DNA of 64,000 bases. Origin: Octopus sinensis (taxonomy: Eukaryota). Both the position numbers and the translations under genes were made by a program. Shown here piece by piece: positions 51,454-63,165 of this stretch. Below the pieces are notes generated by a model that searched no databases, was not told the DNA's origin, and saw nothing but the letters and a program-made list of their open reading frames with translations. Where the stretch lies: NCBI RefSeq assembly GCF_006345805.1, contig NC_043006.1, positions 98,704,001-98,768,000 of the forward strand. The letters are read 5' to 3'. Numbering within the stretch: the first letter of the stretch is position 1; every line of letters begins with the position of its first letter.

Positions 51454-52232
51454 TTTTTTACTACCCACAAAAGGCTAAACACAGAGGGGACAAACAAGGA
51501 CAGACAAACGGATTAAGTCGATTACATTGACCCCGGTGCGTAACTGGTACTTAATTTATCGATCCCGAAAGGATGAAAGGCAAAGTCGACCTCGGCGGAA
51601 TTTGAACGAAGAACGTAACGGCAGACGAAATACCTATTTCTTTACTACCCACAAGGGGCTAAACAGAGAAGGGACAAACAAGGACAGACATAGGTATTAA
51701 GTCGATTACATCGACCCCAGTGCGTACCTGGTACTTAATTTATCGACCCCGAAAGGAAGAAAGGCAAAGTCGACCTCGGCGGAATTTGAACGAAGAACGT
51801 AACGGCAGACGAAATACCTATTTCTTTACTACCCACAAGGGGCTAAACACAGAGGGGACAAACAAGGACAGACATAGGTATTAAGTCGATTACATCGACC
51901 CCAGTGCGTAACTGGTACTTAATTTATCGACCCCGAAAGGATGAAAGGCAAAGTCGACCTCGGCGGAATTTGAACTCAGAACGTAACGGCAGACGAAATA
52001 CCTATTTCTTTACTACCCACAAGGGGCTAAACACAGAGGAGACAAACAAGGACAGACATAGGTATAAAGACGATTACATCGACCCCAGTGCGTAACTGGT
52101 ACTTAATTTATCGACCCCGAAAGGATGAAAGGCAAAGTCGACCTCGGCGGAATTTGAACTCACAACGTAACGCAGACGAAACACCGCTAAGCATTTCGCC
52201 CGGCGTGCTAACGTTTCTGCCAGCTCGCCGCC
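51454..52232 (-). mobile_element. SINE family B (tail type 1): one full copy plus three head-less 184-bp tandem units
   Basis: ctaccc unit marker at 51461, 51645, 51829 and 52013 (period exactly 184); only the last unit carries the complete head, ending at 52232. Confidence 0.95.
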
Positions 52233-52589
52233 TTTTTTTGCGTGTGTATTAGCGTACATTTGCATATACGATATGTGTGAAGGAAATGAAGCTACCAAAG
52301 ACGAAAGAACACGTTTTTGCTTTCCGTTAAACCTGAAACGATTGTAAGATACCTCACTTAGTTTTTTTTTTATTTCATTTGTGAACTGGTTTATTTTTAT
52401 TTCATTCGAGGAGAGTTTAAAATCGCCTTACTCTATTTAATTTTAATTCATTCTAGAACAATTATAAATCTTTTAAACATCTCACCTGCTCGTGATTTTA
52501 ATTTAATTTATTTTATCTGATGTAATTTTCTGTACATATATTATTATCGCCCAACATTTGGATTATAACAAAAAATAACAATAATATAA

Positions 52590-52782
<193 letters not shown>

Positions 52783-53364
52783 ATTTGGTTAAACAAATTT
52801 CCGAATCAATCAGGTGCATGCATCTACATATCGTACTTTGGGGGGGGGGTTATTTATCGTATATTTATATATTTATCTATAAATATACAAAGTATCTGAT
52901 AAAATTCAATATTAATATATGCGGGTATTATATTTCAGATAATACAAAAATAACCTAATAAGTATATCTGACAGTAAACACATGGTATCAGTTTGGATAT
53001 CACGAAATTATTAAATGATATAACCAAAATTACCAACAGGGTATATAATATACTTCGTTAATTATATCCTACTTTAGTTAATACTTATATTTATTAAATA
53101 TGAGGGAACTATACGTGTTTCAGTTTTGGAAGATTACAATATATAAACATATACACAACTGTATAACCATATATATACATATATAAATACATATAAGCAA
53201 TCATCAAATTCACAATTATTCCAACACATGTTCAGATTATATTTCAAAATATTATGTATCGAATTTTACATCTCTTCAAAAATGATATATATACAGAACA
53301 TACGATATACTTACATATACGAACACTCATACATACATACATATATATGCACTTATGTATACGA

Positions 53365-53436
53365 CCAGCTTAAATTACCCACCTAACAGCGCGATATGGT
53401 CAAAATAAAGACTGTTAGGCGTGTAATTTAAGCTGG
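53365..53436. other. Hairpin: 25-bp stem (23/25 matched) with a 22-nt loop, extendable to ~38 bp
   Basis: ccagcttaaattacccacctaacag / ctgttaggcgtgtaatttaagctgg. Confidence 0.8.
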
Positions 53437-53533
53437 CCATGTACATACGTGCATATATGTGTATGTATGGGCGTTCGTATATTTAAGTATAACGTATTTT
53501 CTGTATACATATGTATCTGTATTTATGAGCTAT

Positions 53534-53606
53534 CTGGTATATTCCGCTGAAGAAGGCAGAGCTTCTCTTATGCAAAGCCAGAAATCCAGGTTCTGGAATT
53601 ATCCAG
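53534..53606 (+). ncRNA. Candidate type-I hammerhead ribozyme-like motif (variant)
   Basis: CUGAAGA core at 53547-53553, stem II ggc/gcc, GAAA at 53581, UUC at 53591-53593, and long imperfect stem I (53534-53546 / 53594-53606). A-A mismatch at the base of stem II and U-U in stem III. Confidence 0.4.
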
Positions 53607-53789
53607 TAAAATATTTTTTTCTAGTTTATTTTGTCTCTCTGTCTTCTCTCCTAGTGCTATATGAACATTTAACGTGGCTTTAGGGTCAGGTTTTGCCTGC
53701 TATTTCAGCATGGTGGTATCTCTCGGAAGCCTAATTTATAGTTTTATATATATATATATACATAATAAATGAAAAATTCATTTCTATAT

Positions 53790-53929
53790 ACATTATTTAC
53801 ATTTGACGGGCATTTGTCCCCATCTTCTTTGTTGTTAACGCAACGTTTCGGCTGATATACATTCCAGCCTTCATCGAGTGTCTTGGGAAAATTTCGAACA
53901 TGGGTTCTCATTCGTATGGTATTTTTCGA

Positions 53930-53932
<3 letters not shown>
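53790..53932 (-). mobile_element. Penelope-type terminal-repeat fragment with a minimal hammerhead motif (core mutated)
   Basis: Minus strand 53882->53837: gacac TCGATGA a ggctg-loop-cagcc GAAAC GTT gcgtt. Homologous to 54565..54710. Confidence 0.7.
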
Positions 53933-53991
<59 letters not shown>

Positions 53992-54100
53992 CGAGTTCGA
54001 TCCCAGACAGTCATCTGAATAATAATAATACTAATACTAATAATAATAATAATATAATAATAATAATGATAATAATGATAATAATAATAATAATAATAAT

Positions 54101-54190
<90 letters not shown>
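53932..54190. repeat. (TTA)n and (TAA)n arrays in inverted arrangement around a 27-bp spacer
   Basis: (TTA)n 53932-53990, spacer ccgagttcgatcccagacagtcatctg, (TAA)n 54018-54190. Confidence 0.95.
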
Positions 54191-54191
<1 letters not shown>

Positions 54192-54526
54192 TGGGGAGCA
54201 TCATAGCCATGTGTTGAGAGGGATTCTTTCGGGTTTGAATAATTAACCTCTGGGAACATGGGTGTTTCGTTCAACATTCTTAAACAACCCTTATTCAGGG
54301 ACTTTTTGAGCAGGATGGGCTACTCGACCAGAACAAAATTCTAACTGGGCCCCACCTGCAAGGTCATGTGCTGTTTATCTTGATATGAGATCATCATGTC
54401 GCGCACATATGGTTGTGATGCATGTGCCTAGTGTACCCTTATCAGACGGGTGGTCTTGATGGGTATATTGGGCTTCGTATATTTTACCCCAGTGTCACTT
54501 TGATGGCATGCACTGCTCTCTCACTC
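54192..54526 (+). mobile_element. Unclassified repeat family C, 5'-truncated copy embedded in (TAA)n
   Basis: Reverse complement of 9798-10125; ends ...gcactgctctctcactc(aat)n. Confidence 0.8.
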
Positions 54527-54564
54527 AATAATAATAATAATAATAACAACAACAACAACAGCAA

Positions 54565-54710
54565 CAACATCGAAAAATACCTTAGGAAAGAGAACCTTAG
54601 GAAAGAGAACCCGTGACACCTAATGAATGCTGGAGGGTATATCAGCCGAAACGTTGTGTTAATAACAAACAAGATGAGGACAAATATCCGTCAAATATAA
54701 ATAATATAAA
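54565..54710 (+). mobile_element. Penelope-type terminal-repeat fragment with a minimal hammerhead motif (core mutated)
   Basis: 54615-54660: gacac CTAATGA a tgctg-loop-cagcc GAAAC GTT gtgtt. Also carries a 15-bp tandem duplication ccttaggaaagagaa. Confidence 0.7.
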
Positions 54711-54849
54711 TAACGTAAATGAAAAATGTATGGTAGATAAACAAAGACAAAACGCATATTGGGTGTACAACCGGACGGGAGACAGACACAGAAGGTCCCT
54801 AATTTTTCATCAGTTATCAACCGATTTGGTAATAGTCAATTTCTCACCA

Positions 54850-55233
54850 TCTTTATATATAAAAGAGAAGTTGTGTATCTGTCTCCTACGATTTAGATTC
54901 CTAACTACTCCCACATTTTGCGGTGCAGTTTAACCAAAACCGGGTATCTTATAGTCGTGATTCATATCGAGCCATTCTGGGTATTAGCGCGCGTCTACGA
55001 TGAGTCTACGATTTAAAAAAAATTACCATAATTTTTTTTCATTTTAATGCATTTTTTCGCTATTATATAATGGAAGTAACTCTCTAAAAATGTCTACGAT
55101 GAGTCAACGATTTTTTAAAAAAAATACCATCAATTTTTTTCCATTTTTTGCTATTTTTTGGCTACAACTCTCTAAAAATGCTTATATAGTTATTTTCCTT
55201 ACAAACCCGAGCAACGCCGGGCGATACTGCTAG
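54850..55233 (+). mobile_element. Non-autonomous Helitron (384 bp)
   Basis: A|TC...cccgagcaacgccggg...CTAG|T, no TSD. The last ~125 bp are nearly identical to the Helitron at 22814; ~100-bp internal tandem duplication (gtctacgatgagtc at 54993 and 55092). Confidence 0.9.
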
Positions 55234-56502
55234 TTAATTATAAAACTATGAACTTCCCATATTGGCGGTGCCCGTAAAAATTTGTGTAGAATATATATGG
55301 GGCCAAGAGGAAACAAGACATAACAATGCAGCATAGACACACGAAAGTGAATAAATGCGATTTAGGATAATGGACAAAGACGAAATGAATCAGAGACGAG
55401 CAAGATCAGCATTAGGGCCAAAAATGACAAGAATAGTGTGTAACGCTTAGAAGACATCTTAAATGATAGAAACCGGTGAGACAGAGAATTTGCGACTGGT
55501 CAGCTGCGGGGACCAGTGTGAGAAATGAGGGACAGCAAGGAAGGCTGGCCACGGATTAAGAGACAGCAACTCGCCGAAGAGAAAGAGGGTAAGAAAGGGG
55601 GATAGAGAGCGACAGAGAGGAAACAGGGGAATGGATGAAGAACAAACTAGGAGAAAGGCTAGGTATACAAGAGGGTGGGAGAATGAAAAATGTGTAAGTG
55701 GAAAGGCTAGAATAGAAGGGAGATTGTGAGAGATAGAAAGAGAGAAAGAGTGAAGGCAGGAGAGAGTCACACGGATGTATAAAAATGCTTACTGTTAATA
55801 CAATTCGGCGTGCGTTGCGTTCGATTACTTAATAAATGAAGAAAATATGTATTGTAAAATACGGAGAAAGAGAGAGAGAGAGAGAGAGAGGGAGAGAGGG
55901 AGAGAGTTTCCTTTAACTTGAGCTAGAATTACTGCAAAATTTTAGGGACTAGACAACACATTCGCACACACTTACACCACATACACATTTGCACACATCA
56001 GGCACACACACACACTTACAAATGCCATAGTTATGCACGTCCAAAAACCAATGCTCCTGATAATACATACCCACAGGCGCACACAATCACATCCAGCATG
56101 GTCGCACTTACGTTCGCGCGCATACAGCAGAGATGTATACGCTGACATATGCAAGAACACACCACTTACACACACATATTTACACCAGATGTATGTACAT
56201 ATATTCATCCAACGTGAAGTACATTTACAGAGTAATATATGCACACATACCAAATGCCCGCACATAAACAAGAGATAAACATACATAGCGTATACTAAAT
56301 CACACGAATACAAGCATATACTGGCGCGCACACACACACACACAAACACGTATGCATGCACACATACAGACACACATATAACATCATCATACATACACCT
56401 ACGAAACGGATGTCAGTAACACCTACGCATCCACACACATTTGCTCACACAATCTGCAGAAACATACGCACACGTACTCAATATACAAATACAATATATA
56501 TG

Positions 56503-56727
56503 TTTCTTTATTACCCACAAGGGGCTAAACATAGAGGGGACAAACAAGTACATACATAGGTATTAAGTCGATTACATCGACCCCAGTGCGTAACTAGTAC
56601 TTTATTTATCGACCCCGAAAGGATGAAAGGCAAAGTCGACCTCGGCGGAATTTGAACTCAGAACGTAGCGGCAGACGAAATACGGCTACGCATTTCGCCC
56701 GGCGTGCTAACGATTCTGCCAGCTCGC
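56503..56727 (-). mobile_element. SINE family B, tail type 1
   Basis: Nearly identical to the full unit at 52005..52232. Confidence 0.93.
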
Positions 56728-56954
56728 ATAGTCACACACATACAGAGCCCTATAAACTGATGCGGCTAGCATACCCCCCCCCCACGTGCTCTGAGATCAG
56801 GGATGGGAATAGAGAATCAGATGTAGTGCAGTGTTTATATTACTAACACCACGTACTAACACCACGTTGACTGTTAGTAGCGCAGTATTAAAATACCATC
56901 TCAGTCTCGCCTTTTTGGTTTACTCCGAGCCTGACATAGTAGATTCTGTTGTAT

Positions 56955-57362
56955 ACTCTTTTACTCTTTTACTTGTTTCAGTCATTTGACTGCGGCCATG
57001 CTGGAGCACCGCCTTTAGTCGAGCAAATCGATCCCAGGACTTATTCTTTTGTAAGCCCAGTATTTATTCTATCAGTCTCTTTTGCCGAACCACTAAGTAA
57101 CGGGGACATAAACACACCAGCATCGGTTGTCAAGCAATGCTAGGGGGACAAACACAGACACACAAACATACACACATACATATACATATATATACATATA
57201 TACGACAGGCTTATTTCAGTTTCTGTCTACCAAATCCACCCACAAGGCATTGGTAGGCCCGGGTCTATAGCAGAAGACACTTGCCCAAGATGCCACGCAG
57301 TGAGACTGAACCCGGAACCATGTGGTTGGTTAGCAAGCTACTTACCACACAGCCACTCCTGC
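56955..57362 (-). mobile_element. SINE family A
   Basis: Reverse complement aligns head to tail. Confidence 0.93.
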
Positions 57363-59157
57363 TCAAAACTTTAAGTTTCAAACTGCTATTAAGGAAATTG
57401 AGTGCGTGTGTATGAGTGAGTATATATGTATGTGTGCGCACGCGGGTGTAGGAAAGTAGAAAAACAACAACTGATATGTAAGATTATACGACAGCGCAGA
57501 GATGTTTAAAAATCCTCTCGACCTGATAGAAATAACATTATTTTTTATGGAACTCTATATTGCCAAATGCACGCTACACTGCATAATGTGCGTTTAGTGC
57601 CGTTGATCTTCAGGTACTTGTTCTGTCGGGTAAGACTTGGTCTCTGGAAAAACATAACATAAATTTGTAAAAACTTCAAACTCCCTGTCCCAAAATAAGT
57701 TGGCCGGACAACAAACATGAATTTGGCTGCCATATTTCTTTTGTCATATTGTGGTAGAAATTGACTTAAAATGACATATGTAAAGCTGTTAAATGGCGAT
57801 GGATATAGAATGTAGTTCACTTCATATTGAATTATAAATAAAGCTGAAGTACATCATACATTGTAATTTGTATTGAAATATATTGCATATCTTCAAATTC
57901 ATTTGAACATATATTCTGAAAATTAGATTTTAGCATGCATTGGAAAGGCATATTTGGAATCCCTTTACACAGAGCAACATGCAATTCTATACATCTCTCT
58001 AAGTACATGCCACGTACACATGATAATGTATTTTTTATCATTTGTTTAAATGCATGTACATGAAATCCAAATCTGTACTGTAGAAAGGGAGTGAAATGAA
58101 TGCACTCTTCAAATGCATGCCGCAGACCAATATTCCGAATATACGTTCACGTTGCTCTTAAAATTAGATCATTGAAATATGTGTACATACATACATAACT
58201 TTAATAAATATATTTCTTTCACTCGTTACTTGGAATATCTATTGTACTTCGATAGCCCTTCCGTTAAAATACAGGAAATACAGGTGAGAGTCGCAGCATT
58301 ATATATACAAAATGGTTCGTTATTGATTATAATCCAAATTAATCAACATGAAGAGTTACAAAACGTTCTGTACATCAATATATTATGGATATTCGTGCAC
58401 CAGCGTATTGGGAGAAATCTAAGAAATATCTTCGCTATATTACACAAGTGAAACATTATTTAATACAATTTTACGCGGATTAGCTAATGCCTTTTTTCAT
58501 TTCTATCGATTCATATTCCAGTTCAGTTTTATGTCATATTTTAAAATTACTTCTACTTTGTAACAAATTATACCTCAAATAAAATAACACGGCTGTGTAA
58601 GTTGTTTTCTTAATAAAAGTTTTAAAAAATGAGTATCTATGTACATTTGGCCTTTTGATATTTAATAGTTTCTGTCTTTGTATGGTTTTTCAGTTTAGGC
58701 TTTATTTTATTTCTGCGTTAATGTAAAAAGCTGTTTCGATAAATTCAAAGAGATTTCATTTCTAGAAAATGATAGCGCACGAATATGACTTCAGATGAAA
58801 TTAAAGAAAAATCCATATAGGCGCACACTCACACAAAACTAGGCACATGTATAGGCATATGCATGCACAGAGATTCACGCATGAGCGATGTGTTTCGATG
58901 TTTGCGTGTGTATGTCTGCGTGTATGTGTGTATGTGTGTGTTTATGAACTACTGCTGTAAGACAGAAGAAATACACAGCTACAGCGAATTATGAGAATTA
59001 TATATAAAAGAGATGCTGATCTCCGTATGTCTGTCCGCTACATCATATATGTAGAAGGAGGGGAACTGGAGACGGAGATAAGTTAGAGAGATTACTGGGT
59101 CACATCTTTGTTCAAGGACGGAAGAAAAGGACAATACTGATGAGAGAGAAATTCAGT

Positions 59158-59196
<39 letters not shown>

Positions 59197-59524
59197 AGAG
59201 TGTACGTGTGGGCGTGTATGTGTGTGAAAGACAGACGGATGGATAGATAGATAGAAAAGTAGGTAGGTAGGTACGTGCGTGAGTATTACGTAAGTACGTA
59301 GGTAGCGTTGTTACTATAGTAACTGAAAATATTTGATTAAAAACGCGGTAATTTTAGCTGTAACCACTGGTGTCCATACACGGACAATGTTATGTTGCTA
59401 AAAGCAGATTGGGAGACCCTGAAAACCAGTGGATATACACAGACCAAGCAGGATTCTGCAGTACACTCAAGAGGAGACTAGATTATAGAAAAAGAACATC
59501 GACATATGTATATGCATATGTATG

Positions 59525-59560
59525 CATACATATACATACATACATACATACATACATACA

Positions 59561-59592
<32 letters not shown>
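59525..59592. repeat. (TACA)n microsatellite
   Basis: Directly visible. Confidence 0.95.
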
Positions 59593-59593
<1 letters not shown>

Positions 59594-59617
59594 GTATAGT
59601 TTACTTAGGCTGTTTTA

Positions 59618-59778
59618 GTTCCCCTAGCATTGCTTGACAACCGATGTTAGTGTGTTTATATCACCGTTACTTAGCGGTTCAGCAAAGGAGACTGATAGAA
59701 TAAATACTGGGCTTACAAAAGAATAAGTCTCGGGGTCGAGTTGCTCGATTAAAGGCGGTGCTCCAGCATAGCCGCAGT
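59618..59778 (+). mobile_element. SINE family A, 3' fragment
   Basis: cccctagcattgcttgacaaccgatg...aaaggcggtgctccagcatagccgcagt; head and extreme tail are missing. Confidence 0.88.
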
Positions 59779-60094
59779 AAAATATATATACACATTGTAA
59801 CTTACCATATATTATAAGAGCATATTTCACTCACTTTACAGCATTCTATTTGTTCATAGTTCCGTAAGTCTTTTACCTTGCTTTTTAAACTTATTATATT
59901 CAAGAAGCTGAATGTTAGTCACCTACGCACAATATGTGAATCTCTGGCCGAGCAGTAATACACGGGAGCATTGCCGTTTCGGAAAATAAAATCTACATAC
60001 GTGGGATTGCCGACAGTGTCCCTGGTTACAGGTACCCGCAGAGAGATGAAACCGTCCTGCTCGCGTTCATAATGTGTGCGAGTATTGTAGACCT

Positions 60095-60493
60095 ACTCTT
60101 TTACTTGTTTCAGTCATTTGACTGCGGCCATGCTGGAGTACCACCTTTAATCGAGCAACTCAACCCCGGGACTTATTCTTTTTGTATGCCCAGTACTTAT
60201 TCTATCGGTCTCTTTTGCCGAACCGCTAAGTAACGGGGACATAAACACACCAGCATCGGTTGTCAAGCAATGCTAGGGAGACAAACACAGACACACAAAC
60301 ACACACATACATATATATATATACATATATACAACAGGCTTATTTCAGTTTCCGTCTACCAAATCCACTCACAAGGCATTGGTCGGCCCGGGGCTATAGC
60401 AGAAGACACTTGCCCAAGATGCTACCCAGTTGGACTGAACCCGGAACCATGTGGTTGGTTAGCAAGCTACTTACCACACATCCACTCCTGCGC
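60095..60493 (-). mobile_element. SINE family A
   Basis: Reverse complement aligns head to tail. Confidence 0.93.
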
Positions 60494-61342
60494 ATGTCGA
60501 ACAACTGCTAAAACATGTAGGAAACGTTCAGCTATCAACCGATTTCATTGAGAAGATCTCAACACTGCCTTCCTTTCGGCGTTAATAAATCGCAGATTTC
60601 CTGTCTCGTGACTATAGCGAAAGAAGTTGCGTGGTAAACGCAAATGAGAAGACTAAAGATAGAAACTTCCCTATTCGACAAAGACCTCGCAGGCTTTTTA
60701 TTCTTCTGTTTAGAAGGAAAAGCCAGCGGGACGTCCGGCACCTCTCGGAAAAGTAATTGAAAGGCGCCTCAGTGTATCGCTGGTGACCCTAGTGAGTGTG
60801 CGCGTTCTAAACTGGCACCCATAGGCTGTGAATATCGGAAGAGGGATATGTACTTACCTTGATAATACTGGTGAGTAAGATGAAGAATGTTATTTCGCTG
60901 CCCCACGACTGTGCAGTTTCCCTATATATAGGATATTTGTTGGTATATATTTGTTATTAATTTTTATTTTCTTTCTATTTCGGCAGGTTCATGTAAAGCC
61001 CCAACTCTCCTTTGTTTTTGATTTACCCTAAATGTTTTTGCATTACTTGTAGCGAACAGGAAATTCTTAATATGGTGTTTATTATAATTATCAGAGAATT
61101 TTGATGAGAAAAGCAGCACTGCTATGGGTCATATTGTTATTCTAAGGTAATGGTGTAATCGGATAGAAATATTATGTTCATAGCAAAGCTCTTTAAGAAG
61201 CCAATAGAATCATGATACTATAAACCGATAATAGAGGCAATGATCAAAATCTTAATTAATCTTGGTAAGAAAATGTGAGAAGTAATTAAAATGGTGATAA
61301 AGCCGACGATGGCGTCCATGACAAAAATGTTCTTGAAACTGA

Positions 61343-61368
61343 TAATGATGGTGGTGATGGTGATAGTA

Positions 61369-61399
<31 letters not shown>

Positions 61400-61412
61400 C
61401 GATGATGATGAT
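61343..61412. repeat. (GAT)n microsatellite
   Basis: Directly visible. Confidence 0.93.
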
Positions 61413-62614
61413 GAGGAGGTGAAGGAGGAGCAGAAAGGAGATTAAGAAGAGGGTGACATTCAATCTGACGTCGACAAAGACGCGAATTATTCGGCTGCCA
61501 ACGATGGTCGTGTTGATGGATGAACTATGCAGTTGATAAAATCGAATATTAAATTATATTTATAGATCATATCAATACTGCTTTAGCATAAGAAATCATT
61601 AGAGCTGCTAAAAATATATTCGAAGATGAAATATAAGATTATTGAATGCAACAAAGGGTTTACTGAACATTTTTGCTATTTTATTGTTTTTTATTATTGT
61701 CTTGATGGGGGAGTGAGCCATTAATTAACCTTTGAGATGTCTCCATTGATATATGTTAAACAATCTATTTAGAGGTAAAAGAAATGAGATTGATGAACAA
61801 ATTGTGATAGAACATGTACAGAATATATATCGTATTTGAAACGGGCTATACGTTACCGAATGCTAGATATAAGTCTTTGGAAGTCAGAAGCATTACGTGA
61901 CTAATGTAGTAATCCGGTAAGCAGAGAAATAAGTTAGAGACATATGAACGACAATTGCTACCGGGGCATGTAAATATTTGTTGTAGAGAGATATATAGTA
62001 TTTATTGTAGTGTGGCAGAGAGATAAAATGATTAACAATACTAGTAGAATTCTAATTTGGAAGAATCAATACAGGGTACGTTGTTGTGTTTGTCTTCCTA
62101 TTGCTCATAATGAGGTTCCAGGAGGCTATCCGTTTCTCTTAATTCGGCATGCTAGTTTATACTAAGATCAAAATGCTCTTCCACTTAATGGAGAAGGTAC
62201 CACTTGTATTTTCTCTCTTCGATACTAAAACGAATGTATTAATGAAGAATGGAAGCAATACATACACTGGGACAATATCTCAAAGATTTTGGCCTCATTT
62301 CTGTTATATTATTCTGTACCAGCAACATTAATCATGGTTCTATAGAAAAAGAGAACAAAGATATTTGCTTTCTTCCTTCTTTTCCCTTCTTTTCCTTCTA
62401 CTCTCTGCATCAAATTTCGTACCGTGTTTGTTTTGTCCTCGCTTATTCTAATTTTTTTCCCGTAGGACAGCGTAATATAGGAACTGAACCCGAAAGATTG
62501 CTCGGAGATAAATAGCATGTTACACAAATCTGCCAAATCAATGTATCTTAAAATATGGAACTACTAGTAGTTCTTTTATAATTGTATATATGTGTGAGCG
62601 TTTGTGCGTGCGTG

Positions 62615-62671
<57 letters not shown>

Positions 62672-62753
62672 TATAGGATAAATTTCTTTTCGGTAAAAAT
62701 TTTTTATCAATAGCCAGCATATGAAAAAATGCCTTTAAAGGTAAAATTTATAC

Positions 62754-62930
62754 ATAATTTACAAGATAAGGGCAGAAGAAAAATTCTAATGCCAAATATG
62801 CCGAAACAAAAAAATTTTGTCGATAACCATTATAATTTATGCGTAAATTGTAATGGTTATCGACAAAAAATTTTTTGTTTCGGCATAGTTGGCATTAGAA
62901 TTTTTCTTCTGCCCTTATCTTGTAAATTAT
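62754..62930. repeat. Near-perfect 177-bp palindrome (~86-bp arms, 4-nt loop)
   Basis: Arms differ by 2 substitutions and a homopolymer-length difference; loop tgcg at 62840-62843; immediately followed by (TA)n. Confidence 0.93.

Positions 62931-63165
<235 letters not shown>

Noticed and set aside
51454-52232. Regular repeat array superficially like CRISPR
   Set aside because: Units are contiguous 184-bp SINE copies with no unique spacers, in a eukaryotic context.
57610-57740. GSQIHVCCPANLFWD on the minus strand, reminiscent of a chitin-binding (CBM14) motif
   Set aside because: Flanked by in-frame stops and lacking the other conserved cysteines.
60848-60862. tacttacct resembling the U1 snRNA 5' end
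   Set aside because: Downstream sequence does not match U1; it is simply the complement of a splice-donor consensus.
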